A stretch of DNA of 64,000 nucleotides. Source: Promethearchaeota archaeon (lineage in GTDB: Archaea; Asgardarchaeota; Lokiarchaeia; Sigyniarchaeales; SOKP01). Every line of letters starts with the position of its first letter. Positions within the stretch are counted from its first letter, which is position 1. The stretch is from the NCBI GenBank assembly GCA_019058445.1, contig JAHPZA010000006.1:64001-128000 (forward strand). Reading direction: 5' to 3'. Both the position numbers and the translations under genes were made by a program. Shown here piece after piece: positions 38,003-47,773 of this stretch. The notes beneath the pieces were generated by a model that did no database searches, had not been told where the DNA came from, and saw only the letters and a program-made list of their open reading frames with translations.

Positions 38003-39385
38003 TCAATTATTAAGAATAAATTTCATTTTTTCTACCGGATTCCATAATTCCTCAGCTTTTTGCACCCATTCATTGAAATATTCAGGATTTTCTGGAAATT
38101 TTTCGTAATGCTTTCGAATTTTATCTGAAATTTTCATGTATTTTAGCATGGAATTTAATGTTGATCGAGAAAATTGCTGCGTAATCAAACCCCAAATAAA
38201 TACGGCTATGATTTTAATCATTCTTCCAAAATTGATGTGCAATTCGTGATACTGGTTCATATGCTCGAAATCTTTTCCACTAAAAATAATATTTTTTTTG
38301 AACAAGTATTCCATTTCCTTTTTAGTAGTGTTTGCTGCAACTGGAATTTGAGCAAGTAAAGCTGCTAATTTAGCTCCAATATCCCTATAATATCGGATAT
38401 TTATGTCCCATAATTCATTCTTAGATACATAATTGGGTGATTTTAATGCTTTAATAAATACATCAGTAGCAATTTTAGCAACAATCCAAGATAATGATAT
38501 ACCCTCACCATTAAATGGTTTAGTCATACATGCACTATCACCTATGCAAAAAAATCCATCTCCTACTAAAGAATAAGGTGAGCGTCGATACACTGTTGTA
38601 GCTTTATGTTCCTCTAAAATTTCATAGGGGGGAAAATGTATGTTCTCTAAGAAAATTTTATTTGCCTTTTCGACATTTTCATATCCTCCTGGTTGACCAT
38701 TCCCAAAGATATTGGCTTTAGATGCAAAGTGAGGGGCAATCCAATTTTTATAATACATCCAAGTGTTGGATTTCGCTTCCGTACCAGGGTGGGGTTCATC
38801 AGGTTTAAGCCATCGTATAACTCGTTGAATTACATACATTTTCTCATCATCATTTATATTAAATGTCTCTATTCCATAATTTTCTGGAAGAGAACTACGC
38901 ACAACCGCATTTGTACCAGAGGCATCTACAATAATCCTTCCAAAATATTCATATTCTTCATTAATTTTCTTAATAACAATACCAATTAATTTATTTTTAT
39001 CGAAGATTCCACATTTAAATCGACTTGAAAATTCAAACTGAAGCCCATCTGCTTCAGAAATTTTTATTAATCTTTGAATAAAAAAAGGAAATCTCATAGC
39101 AATCACGGGCCAATTCATTTTTTTGACTATCTTTCCAGAGGGAGAATAATGATTTGTAATATTGAATGACGTTATATATTCATCAGTCTCAGGACTAGGT
39201 GGGGGTACTCCAAATTCGTCAAAGGTATAGGCATCCATATGAAATTGGTCCATCTTTGATCCCACTTCAGTTCTTGAATCCCTTTCAAAAATTATTGTCC
39301 TTATACCCTTTTTTTCTAATTCCCATCCTAAATATATTCCAGCAGGTCCTGCACCTATAATTAGAACATCATATTTTTTATTCAT
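38003..39385 (-). CDS. FAD-dependent oxidoreductase (GGR/dehydrogenase superfamily)
   Basis: YDVLIIGAGPAG, VDASG, IGDSACMTKPFNGEGI; ATG 39385 preferred (ORF track start 39478 overlaps xpd). Confidence 0.85.
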   Translation of the reverse strand: MNKKYDVLIIGAGPAGIYLGWELEKKGIRTIIFERDSRTEVGSKMDQFHMDAYTFDEFGVPPPSPETDEYITSFNITNHYSPSGKIVKKMNWPVIAMRFPFFIQRLIKISEADGLQFEFSSRFKCGIFDKNKLIGIVIKKINEEYEYFGRIIVDASGTNAVVRSSLPENYGIETFNINDDEKMYVIQRVIRWLKPDEPHPGTEAKSNTWMYYKNWIAPHFASKANIFGNGQPGGYENVEKANKIFLENIHFPPYEILEEHKATTVYRRSPYSLVGDGFFCIGDSACMTKPFNGEGISLSWIVAKIATDVFIKALKSPNYVSKNELWDINIRYYRDIGAKLAALLAQIPVAANTTKKEMEYLFKKNIIFSGKDFEHMNQYHELHINFGRMIKIIAVFIWGLITQQFSRSTLNSMLKYMKISDKIRKHYEKFPENPEYFNEWVQKAEELWNPVEKMKFILNN

Positions 39386-39462
39386 AGTTGACGAAAAACT
39401 GAAATGAATAAAAAGATTGGTAAAATAATCAATAAAAATGAAAATGGTATACGTTTTAAAAT

Positions 39463-41649
39463 TTAATTCGAGTTCCAAAATGGATATAAATGTTGAATAA
39501 TGGCATTTTTTTTATCGGGAACAATTTCTAATTCATTCCTAATCCAATCAGATATCCATTTATACTTGTTTTTAAATCTAGAATCCATGAAAATGATTGC
39601 CCCTTTATCCACTATTTTTCTTATTGGTCGACCAGACGCTTGATTTGCCCGTTGAACAGCAGGATACAAATAAGCAAAATTCCAACCCTGCTTGTTAAAT
39701 ACTTTATCATAGTATTCTATTTTTGCAGTAACTCGAGGAGTTGGTAAGTGATATGGGAATCCAGCAATAATTACCGCATTCATAAAATCTCCGGGATAAT
39801 CTTCGCCTTCTGAATTTCTTCCCCCGCATACTCCTAATAAAACGGCTCCTTTTCCAGGATTGCTTGCCATAGATTTAAAATCATTTACTAAAAAAGCATT
39901 TTCTGAGGCAGATAGTCCCGGTTCTTCCACAAACAATTTTTTTCTGTTTTTTTCTGCGATAGCTTCAAGTCCATTATCACGTAAACCTTTTAGTATCTTA
40001 TAGGAAGCACAAAAAATACCTACATTCGCAGGAGTACAATATAAAACTTCATTTATTTTATTCAATATTTTTTTATACATTGAAGGTGTCCTATTTTCTC
40101 TTTTGGTATCCACACCTTCTGTTATAATTGCTTTAATATTTTGTTTTTTAAATGGAGAATCTGCAATAATTCCTTTATAACTTTTTCCACTTTCATGTAA
40201 ACCCATTAAATGATTAAAGACATATGGATTTACGGTTCCAGAAAGATTTAGAGATGTGTAACAATTTTTTAAAATAGGTACGGCAATTTCCCTAGGATCT
40301 AATGCCACAATTTCAAGAGCTATCGTTTTTCTTTCTTTTACTTTCTGAATATTATAACAAAAGAAATAATTTTCTAATGAATAAGTTTTAATCCACTTTA
40401 ACCAAAAATCTGCTAAAGCACCCACGAAATCTCTTGAAATTTCACCATTAGCTAGCTTTTCTTCATGGATTGCTGCACTAAATTCGTAAAGATCCTTAAT
40501 AAAATTTTCATATTCGTTTAAATCGGCAAATCCAAGCTTTTTATGAATTTTTTCCAAAAATATATCGGGAGCTATTGCCTTTTCTTCAGTTTTCAGTATC
40601 TGCTTTTTACGATCAAGATGATCATACAAAATATTAACAAAGCTTTGCATTAATATAGGTGATTGATACATTTCCAAGTCTTTCAAACAAATTCTTAATG
40701 AATATGGGGTTATTCTCTCCGAATTTACATCTGTTGCTACATCAATAATATTATGACATTCATCAATTACTAAGATACATTTATTAACTTCAGTGCCTAT
40801 AAATTTTAGAAATGACTCTCTTATGGAAGGATTAAAGATCCAATTATAATTACAAATTATAATTCGCATTTCTTCCAATAAGAATTTAGATAAAAAATAA
40901 GGGCATAACTTATTTTTAGTACAGAATTTTATAAGATCCTCAGCATCAATTGGTTTTTCGAATAGATTTGGAGCTATTAATATAGGTTTATCGAATTCAT
41001 CTCGTTTTTTTAATAAATTTAAGAAATGAGTACAATTTCTATTTTTTCTTAAGTCTCTACATACGGCCATTGATTCTCGAGGATTTAATTTCAAGGATAA
41101 TAATGTTTTATTAAGACACATTTCATTACGTCCCCGTATCGATATACCATTTATTTTAGCTCCTCCTTTAATGGAATTTATCTTTACAAATTCTGAAATT
41201 TTAATTAATTCCTTAATAACTCTCGTATTTTGAGAGTGGGTCCTGCAGAGATAAATCAATTTTAAGTTTTTTTCAATTACAATTGGAAGAAGGCTGCTTA
41301 AAGCCATAATTGTCTTACCAGTGCCATTTGGGGCGACTAATAAAACAATCTTTTTAGCCCTTGCGCTCTCTTCGATTTGTTTAATAATATCTTCTTGCGA
41401 CTCTCTAAATTGCTCATAAGGAAAAAAATGGAAATAATTAATTTTATTTGATAATTGCGACTTATTCAATATTTTAATTTTTTTTTTATGATTTAGCTCA
41501 TTAGAAATGTGTTTATCTTTTTTAATAATAAGATCAGCTTCAATTTTTAATTTTTCACCCCTCTTGCTCCAATAATTACCACAAACTTTACAATAAAAAC
41601 TCTCTTTCTTGGGATATAAGAGATTTCCACAATCGGGGCAAAATTTCAT
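39463..41649 (-). CDS. xpd: XPD/Rad3-family Fe-S DNA helicase with N-terminal zinc ribbon
   Basis: Q motif RESQ, APNGTGKT, four Fe-S Cys (NEMC, AVC, RNC, LCPY), DECHN, SGT, SEGEDY, QASGRPIR, DSRF. Confidence 0.92.
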   Translation of the reverse strand: MKFCPDCGNLLYPKKESFYCKVCGNYWSKRGEKLKIEADLIIKKDKHISNELNHKKKIKILNKSQLSNKINYFHFFPYEQFRESQEDIIKQIEESARAKKIVLLVAPNGTGKTIMALSSLLPIVIEKNLKLIYLCRTHSQNTRVIKELIKISEFVKINSIKGGAKINGISIRGRNEMCLNKTLLSLKLNPRESMAVCRDLRKNRNCTHFLNLLKKRDEFDKPILIAPNLFEKPIDAEDLIKFCTKNKLCPYFLSKFLLEEMRIIICNYNWIFNPSIRESFLKFIGTEVNKCILVIDECHNIIDVATDVNSERITPYSLRICLKDLEMYQSPILMQSFVNILYDHLDRKKQILKTEEKAIAPDIFLEKIHKKLGFADLNEYENFIKDLYEFSAAIHEEKLANGEISRDFVGALADFWLKWIKTYSLENYFFCYNIQKVKERKTIALEIVALDPREIAVPILKNCYTSLNLSGTVNPYVFNHLMGLHESGKSYKGIIADSPFKKQNIKAIITEGVDTKRENRTPSMYKKILNKINEVLYCTPANVGIFCASYKILKGLRDNGLEAIAEKNRKKLFVEEPGLSASENAFLVNDFKSMASNPGKGAVLLGVCGGRNSEGEDYPGDFMNAVIIAGFPYHLPTPRVTAKIEYYDKVFNKQGWNFAYLYPAVQRANQASGRPIRKIVDKGAIIFMDSRFKNKYKWISDWIRNELEIVPDKKNAIIQHLYPFWNSN

Positions 41650-41768
41650 AAATAATTTCCCTTAAATTTAAGTTTAATAGTTGAACTGATTGAACATTTA
41701 TATTTGTAAAGACTATAAAAGTTTAATTATTAAGATTATTTTTAAATAAAAACAAGTTATCTGTTAGT

Positions 41769-42968
41769 ATGAATGATAATTTCGATTTCGATGAATTTAT
41801 AAAAAAACTTTCTTTTCCTCGATTATCAGGTTCTGAGGGAGAGATAAAAGCCCAAGAACTTATCGAAACTGAACTTAAAAATCTAAAAATTGATCAATAT
41901 AATAAAGAATCATTTAGTTACACTACTTTTTTTATGAACTTCTTATTAAGAACCTATAGTTCCTTAATAGGACTGCAAATGATTCTTTTAATTATGATGT
42001 TATATTTAAATCTCGTTTATTATGTAATTCTATTTGCTTCTGTTTTATTAATAACAGCTCTCTTTAGTCGAGAGATCAGAGAAAAAATTCAGTTTAAATT
42101 TACAAAGATCGGAAAAAAGAGAACATCTGCAAATTATATTATAGAATTACCAGCCAAACATGAAGATAAAGATAAAAATCAAAATATCATAATTCTCGCC
42201 CATTATGATTCGATTAGTATGACTTTTCATCCAATTTTCGATGGAGTAATTTTCTTCTTTTCTTTAGTTGGTGGAGTAATATTTTCACTTCATATCTTTT
42301 TTATATCTACCTTATATCTTCTGAATATAATTCAATCTATTGAAATCATTCAATTTTTTTATGGATTTTTCTTAGCTGGTTTTTATTGTTTACAATTTTT
42401 TAATAAACGGCATAATAAATCTTTTGGAACAGCAGATAATGCTACAGCAGTAGCTAATAGTTTTTATTGCATTGATTACTTCAGTAAAAATCCACTAAAA
42501 AATACGAATTTATTTTTTGTCTTAACAGGTGCAGAAGAAATGGGGGATTATGGAGCAGATTCTTATATAAAAAAACACAATTCTGAGTTTAATAAGAGTA
42601 ATACGTTTTTTTTTATTCCAGATACAGTCGGAGCTAATGAAGAGACAAATCTTTATGCTTATGCTCAAGGATTCCCGAAAAAAATGTTTTCTCCTAAAAT
42701 TAAAGTTAATATTGAAGAGCTTGTAAAAACTAGCCAAGGATCTTATAAAATTAAACCATTTTATATTCCACCTTTAATTCACTTTAGTACAGATCATGCC
42801 CCTCTAAAACCATTTGGTTATGAATTTATGATCTTTCTATCGAATGCTCCAATTCATTCTGAAAAAGATAATATAAACAATTATCATCCTAATATGTTAG
42901 AAGACTTTAATTTATTTATGAGAGATTTAATAATTCTGATGGATAAAAACTTTAACTATAAAACTTAA
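41769..42968 (+). CDS. Membrane-embedded M28-family metallopeptidase
   Basis: PRLSGS, AHYDS, GTADNA, GAEEMG, TDH, HSEKD; two inserted TM hairpins. Confidence 0.85.
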   Translation: MNDNFDFDEFIKKLSFPRLSGSEGEIKAQELIETELKNLKIDQYNKESFSYTTFFMNFLLRTYSSLIGLQMILLIMMLYLNLVYYVILFASVLLITALFSREIREKIQFKFTKIGKKRTSANYIIELPAKHEDKDKNQNIIILAHYDSISMTFHPIFDGVIFFFSLVGGVIFSLHIFFISTLYLLNIIQSIEIIQFFYGFFLAGFYCLQFFNKRHNKSFGTADNATAVANSFYCIDYFSKNPLKNTNLFFVLTGAEEMGDYGADSYIKKHNSEFNKSNTFFFIPDTVGANEETNLYAYAQGFPKKMFSPKIKVNIEELVKTSQGSYKIKPFYIPPLIHFSTDHAPLKPFGYEFMIFLSNAPIHSEKDNINNYHPNMLEDFNLFMRDLIILMDKNFNYKT

Positions 42969-42995
42969 TTTAGTTGAATACTTTTATTAAAAAAA

Positions 42996-43874
42996 ATGAA
43001 TAATAAAAATAAGCCCCAGTTTAAACAATTGGTTTCTGAGAGTTTGATACGAGATTTGATTCTATTTTCATTTTTATATATTTTAGTCATTGCACAGGAT
43101 TGGGACAATATACTGCTCCTTTTATTTCCTTTGATAACATTCGTATATGCTCTATTTTTTAAAATAATCAATAATATAAGACAAAAAAGTAATACTTCCG
43201 ATTCTCTTATTATATATAATCCTTTAGGATCAGAAAAAATTTCCGCTCATAGATTGAATTTCAGCGCTTATATTCAATTAATTTTATTATTCTGGTTTGG
43301 AGCAGAGTCACTTTACCATCCCCAATTAATTGATAATTATTATATTTATTTCATTTCAATCTTTATATTTATGTATACGTTTGGTTTTTATATCCTATTC
43401 ATTGATTTATGGAAATATAGTAAAATTGAGATAAATTTAGAAGATAGTAATGCGAAATATTCTCAGAAAGAGCAGAATGATCTAGATACTGTGATCTCTT
43501 TTCTCAAAATGAAAAGTTTTAAAATAATTTCTATTATTAATTTGTTAGTCTTTATAATTTTAAATGCATTGAATATTATATTTGCTTTTTTAACCCTCAA
43601 CGAAATCATGCTGGGATTTGAATATTACTTACCTGGGACAGGATTTGAAAATTCAGAGCCAATTAAATTATCATTTATTATCTACGCGATTATTACTACA
43701 CCACCATTGATTTCTATAGCTTTTTTAGCTATTAATTATAAGGATATCAATAATTATAGCGAAGAAAAATTAAACAAAGTTCTCAGTGCATTGCCGAAAA
43801 GTACTCAAAGTAAAATTATGCAAAACCTTATATTACTAAATAAGAGTTTTAAAAATAGACTAAGATTGGAATAA
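42996..43874 (+). CDS. Hypothetical membrane protein
   Basis: 292-aa ORF with ~6 hydrophobic segments. Confidence 0.72.
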   Translation: MNNKNKPQFKQLVSESLIRDLILFSFLYILVIAQDWDNILLLLFPLITFVYALFFKIINNIRQKSNTSDSLIIYNPLGSEKISAHRLNFSAYIQLILLFWFGAESLYHPQLIDNYYIYFISIFIFMYTFGFYILFIDLWKYSKIEINLEDSNAKYSQKEQNDLDTVISFLKMKSFKIISIINLLVFIILNALNIIFAFLTLNEIMLGFEYYLPGTGFENSEPIKLSFIIYAIITTPPLISIAFLAINYKDINNYSEEKLNKVLSALPKSTQSKIMQNLILLNKSFKNRLRLE

Positions 43875-43920
43875 GAATTTTTTAATATAAAAAATAAATA
43901 AAATTATTGTTAAAAATAAG

Positions 43921-44451
43921 ATGAAAACAATGTCTCGACAATTGCTCTTTAAAGTAATTGTAGTCGGTGATGGTGGAGTTGGAAAATCGACAATGGTCAA
44001 ACGTTTAACAACAGGACTTTTTATCCCTCAAAAAATCACAATAGGAACAGATTTAGCTTCAATTCAAATTGATATGGGAGCTAAGGGCTCTGCTAAACTA
44101 CAGATATGGGATTTTGCTGGAGAGAAGCGTTTTCGATTTTTCTTACCAAATTATGCTCGAGGAGCACTGGGCTGTGTGTTATGCTACGATATTACAAGAT
44201 ATCAAAGTATCGAGAGTTTAATCGAATGGTACAAAATTGTTAAAGAAAATGCGGCCAATCCTGTGTTTGTCCTAGTTGGATGTAAGTCAGATTTAGTTGA
44301 AAAAAGAGTACTTGATTTTAACATTGGCAAACAATTTCAAGAAAAGTATAAAATTGATTATTTTTTTGAAAGTTCATCTAAATCCGGAGAAAATAATCAA
44401 CTTATTTTTCAAACTCTAACAGAGGGGATAATTGAAAAAAAACTTGCTTAA
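43921..44451 (+). CDS. Rab-like small GTPase
   Basis: GDGGVGKS, TIGTD, KLQIWDFAGE, RFR, YARGA, YDIT, CKSD, SSK. Confidence 0.93.
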   Translation: MKTMSRQLLFKVIVVGDGGVGKSTMVKRLTTGLFIPQKITIGTDLASIQIDMGAKGSAKLQIWDFAGEKRFRFFLPNYARGALGCVLCYDITRYQSIESLIEWYKIVKENAANPVFVLVGCKSDLVEKRVLDFNIGKQFQEKYKIDYFFESSSKSGENNQLIFQTLTEGIIEKKLA

Positions 44452-44615
44452 CATTTAATTATTAATCCTCAGTTCTCATCGTAACTATTTAATAACATAA
44501 AATATAGCCAAAATTCATTGGATTAAAAGATCAACTAATGGATTGATAATCAAACTTGAGTTTTGTATTCATTTCAGTTTAAAATAATAGAAAAAAGAAA
44601 AAAATTGTATGGTTT

Positions 44616-45554
44616 TTAGTCCTCAAGAAGTTCTCTAATTTCTTCAATATTGAGGCTTAAATATTTTGCAGTTACTAAATCTTTACCCATGAGATTCTTG
44701 AAGTTCTTCTTGCGCTTTTTATTAATAAATTTCTTCATTTCACTAAGATCTGGATTAGCATTTGTCACTTCAATTAATTTCATATCTTTAGCAGCGTCTA
44801 CAACCTTTTGACCAACATCAGTTCTAATAATCAGCAATGCCTCTCCCTTAGGAGCACCCCAAGGTGAATAAGAAATATCTGAAAATTCTCCTGAAAAATC
44901 AGTGCAATATTTACATCCTGCCATACCACCTGAAGAACATGCAAATGCTAATTTTAATGAAGTCCTTTCTGCACCTGTATTGAAATCACTAACTAGAATT
45001 TTCGCTAGACCTTGTAAATGACATGGATTTGCAATAATTCCAATATCTCTCTTTTTATCTAAATATGCTTTACCAATTCCCGTGATTAATGGCCCTGCAT
45101 TGTCCATGGTTGCCTTAGGTATCAGTGCTTTTGCCTTCTTTGCACTATCAACTACTTCTGGGAATGCTACAGGAGGTTTTTTACTTTTGTTTTTTCCCAC
45201 AACCAAATGCTTAATAATACCCTTTTCAAATGCTGCCAATGCCAAATTGTATAGGATTTCATCTTTATTACTTGATTTGACTTGTATAATATCTTTATAC
45301 ACTCCCACTGCTAAATCAGTCCGAGTTTGACCAAATAAGGCTTGTTCAATCTCACTAACAGGAAGAAAACTTCTTGGACATGCATTATAGCATAGACCTA
45401 CAGTTTCTGTACATTCATCAACCACATAAGCTTCGCCAGTTTCATGATTAAAGTCCATATGGGGACAAAAAGCGTTGCACGATCCACAATGAATACAAAG
45501 TCCCGAGTATATTACTTCATTTTCTAAATCTTGTGAACATTTTTCAACTTTCAA
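44616..45554 (-). CDS. Coenzyme F420 hydrogenase/dehydrogenase beta-subunit (FrhB)-like Fe-S protein, internally shortened
   Basis: CIHCGSCNAFCP and C..GLCYNACPR ferredoxin; NPCH, GCKYCTDFSGEFSDIS, IIRTDVG. Confidence 0.82.
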   Translation of the reverse strand: MKVEKCSQDLENEVIYSGLCIHCGSCNAFCPHMDFNHETGEAYVVDECTETVGLCYNACPRSFLPVSEIEQALFGQTRTDLAVGVYKDIIQVKSSNKDEILYNLALAAFEKGIIKHLVVGKNKSKKPPVAFPEVVDSAKKAKALIPKATMDNAGPLITGIGKAYLDKKRDIGIIANPCHLQGLAKILVSDFNTGAERTSLKLAFACSSGGMAGCKYCTDFSGEFSDISYSPWGAPKGEALLIIRTDVGQKVVDAAKDMKLIEVTNANPDLSEMKKFINKKRKKNFKNLMGKDLVTAKYLSLNIEEIRELLED

Positions 45555-45582
45555 CTTATTTCATGCTCCGATATTATGAATC

Positions 45583-45614
45583 AATCAAAAATTATTAGGA
45601 TAACTTTTTTGATT
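45583..45614. promoter_or_regulatory. Inverted repeat upstream of frhB-like gene (candidate operator)
   Basis: AATCAAAAA-N14-TTTTTGATT, 30-60 bp upstream of the TTG start. Confidence 0.3.
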
Positions 45615-45655
45615 ATTTTTGATAAGGAAAATTAAACATTGCTTTTAAAGGTAGT

Positions 45656-45703
45656 ATGAAGATTCGCACTCTTCACGATAGGAGTGAATAGGCAGAAGAC
45701 TTA
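45656..45703. ncRNA. Candidate small structured RNA (C/D-box-like spacing or cis-regulatory hairpin)
   Basis: 22/50 GC in 45651-45700 within an AT-rich spacer; ATGAAGA-N12-ACGA-TA-GGAGTGA-N12-CTTA; hairpin ATTC(GC)ACTC/GAGTGAAT. Confidence 0.3.
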
Positions 45704-45822
45704 AAAAATTAAGATGATACGTGAATTTACTTTTGTTTACCAAGATAATAATTTCATTTATAATGTAATATTTTAGAAAAAATAGAAAAACTAGCTTTTA
45801 ATTGATACTTGAACTAAATTTT

Positions 45823-47100
45823 TTATTTAATCTCGCTAAGTTCTATCCCTTTCGTCTCTCTCAAGCTTATATAGGATAAAGGAACAATTATATACATTGC
45901 TAATATGAAGATAATAAAAGTAATCCCTAAACCTAAGAATAGAATGAATATGCTGCTTAATAGTAGTCCAAGTGTAGTGCCAATAGCAAAAAATAACCAT
46001 CTAAGTCCTACGCCTGATGCCCTTCTGTCAGTTGGGAGATTTTCTATAGTTATAAGGCTAAGAATTGTCAATAATCCCCAAAAACATACATGCATTAAGG
46101 CGAAACCTAATTGTACGATAAGAAACGCATTTTGAGGGTCATGAGCTCCTATTACCCAAGTCAATACTCCTACTGGTAAGAGACCAGACCAGAGATACAC
46201 TAAAGGTTTCCGACCGATTCTATCTGCAAGTAAACCATTAACTAAGTAAGCAATCAAGACCGCAAAAACTGTCCAAATAAAAATAATACTTATTTGAGCT
46301 TGAGTCAACGTGCCTACATCTGTTATATATTTTTCAAATAAATTTCTCCAGATTGTTGCCGCTCCAAATACTAAACTTATAATTAAAAGAGAAATATAGG
46401 CTTTTCGTTGATCGGTTTTAAAAATCGCTTTTACATCCTCCTTGAACGTCCTTTTCTCAGCTAGTGAGGGTTCTTCCCTCATTATTTGAAATTTTGAGGT
46501 TTCTTTAAGTGTTAAAAGGATTATTATTGATAACGGAATACCTAAAATTATTGGGAATAATAGTAATGCCCTCCAGTCTGATCTTGTTTCGGTGATAAAG
46601 ATAGCGCGTAATACTATAGCTAATATTGGTCCGATTAGTCCTCCCATCAGTACTATATACTGATAAAAAGCGCGCTTTTCTTTCTTGGATTCTTCATTTA
46701 TGTAAATTGCCCACAGATCTGAACTGAAAAATAGATATAAAATTGCCCAGAAAAAAACGTATTGCCAAAAATTAGTAGACAAAATCATCATTATACATGC
46801 AAATGCTATACCGATGATAGTATAAGCTAAGACTTTTTTCCTTCCAATCCTATCGGCAAGATATAGATTTATAAAAATAAAATAGTAGCCCATACTTGCT
46901 ATACTTGCCCCAATAGCCATGAGAGCGTTTTGTTCGTTTGTTGTATAATCGCTTAAAAATTCTTCGGCGATCTTTGAAGGGAACATGCCGTTCACAATTG
47001 TAACATAGCTATCGATAATACTCGCCAGAATTAATATAAAAATCAAGTATCTGAAATACCCTTTGGATCTTGAAATTTCAGCATCCGTAGTTTCTGTCAT
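45823..47100 (-). CDS. MFS transporter
   Basis: Two motif-A copies LADRIGRK, LKETS, PTDRRAS, ETKG; ATG 47100 preferred. Confidence 0.92.
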   Translation of the reverse strand: MTETTDAEISRSKGYFRYLIFILILASIIDSYVTIVNGMFPSKIAEEFLSDYTTNEQNALMAIGASIASMGYYFIFINLYLADRIGRKKVLAYTIIGIAFACIMMILSTNFWQYVFFWAILYLFFSSDLWAIYINEESKKEKRAFYQYIVLMGGLIGPILAIVLRAIFITETRSDWRALLLFPIILGIPLSIIILLTLKETSKFQIMREEPSLAEKRTFKEDVKAIFKTDQRKAYISLLIISLVFGAATIWRNLFEKYITDVGTLTQAQISIIFIWTVFAVLIAYLVNGLLADRIGRKPLVYLWSGLLPVGVLTWVIGAHDPQNAFLIVQLGFALMHVCFWGLLTILSLITIENLPTDRRASGVGLRWLFFAIGTTLGLLLSSIFILFLGLGITFIIFILAMYIIVPLSYISLRETKGIELSEIK

Positions 47101-47170
47101 AAATTTACTATATGATAGTGTGGTATATAAACATTGAGGATATTTTTTAAAAATAATCAACTATACAGCA

Positions 47171-47464
47171 CTATTGTAAAAAACGAGAGCAAGTATCATC
47201 CATTTTTGGTAAAATTTTATCTCTATCTTTCCAAACAATCCATGTGTTCCCTGATTTTTCAAAATGAAAACCACAATATTCTGCCTCCTTCAACTTTTTT
47301 AGAGTTTTTTTAACGAAACTCCACGAAAATCCCGTTTTATCTACAACCTCTGCAATAGCGATTGGATGATTAGTTTCAAGATCATTATTGAAGAAATTTA
47401 TAATTTTCTCAAATCCGGTTTGTGGTGAAGTGTCTTGAGTTTTCGAAGGAATATTCCTTTCCAC
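47171..47464 (-). CDS. Small putative winged-helix DNA-binding protein
   Basis: IAIAEVVDKTGFSWSFVKKTLKKL followed by a beta-hairpin FEKSGNTWIVW. Confidence 0.6.
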   Translation of the reverse strand: MERNIPSKTQDTSPQTGFEKIINFFNNDLETNHPIAIAEVVDKTGFSWSFVKKTLKKLKEAEYCGFHFEKSGNTWIVWKDRDKILPKMDDTCSRFLQ

Positions 47465-47711
47465 CTATTCTAATTAAAATAGAATTTCTTTATTAATAAA
47501 ATAATTATTTCGATAATTTAATTATTTTATTTTCGCATTATAGGTAATTTAATCTCAAAATTAAATTTTTAAAAATTCAAGTTCGATGCATTTTAACCAT
47601 GATATCAAGTATTATTAGCTTAATAATGTTCATTTTCACATTAAACGGTAGAAAATAAAAATTGGGCTCCTTAAGCATTAAGTATTATACTCCTCGATTA
47701 ATTAAGTGTAC

Positions 47712-47731
47712 AATTTCAAATTATTGAAATT
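47712..47731. promoter_or_regulatory. Perfect 8-4-8 inverted repeat (candidate operator)
   Basis: AATTTCAA-ATTA-TTGAAATT, 42 bp upstream of the 47774 start. Confidence 0.4.
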
Positions 47732-47773
47732 ATAACTAAAAAGCAATTAATAATCAAGAATGGAGGTTAAAAA

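Noticed and set aside
45555-45570. In-frame TGA three codons upstream of the frhB-like TTG start (possible Sec extension)
   Set aside because: The upstream sequence is non-coding in character, contains a GGAG RBS-like element, and the protein begins where family members normally begin
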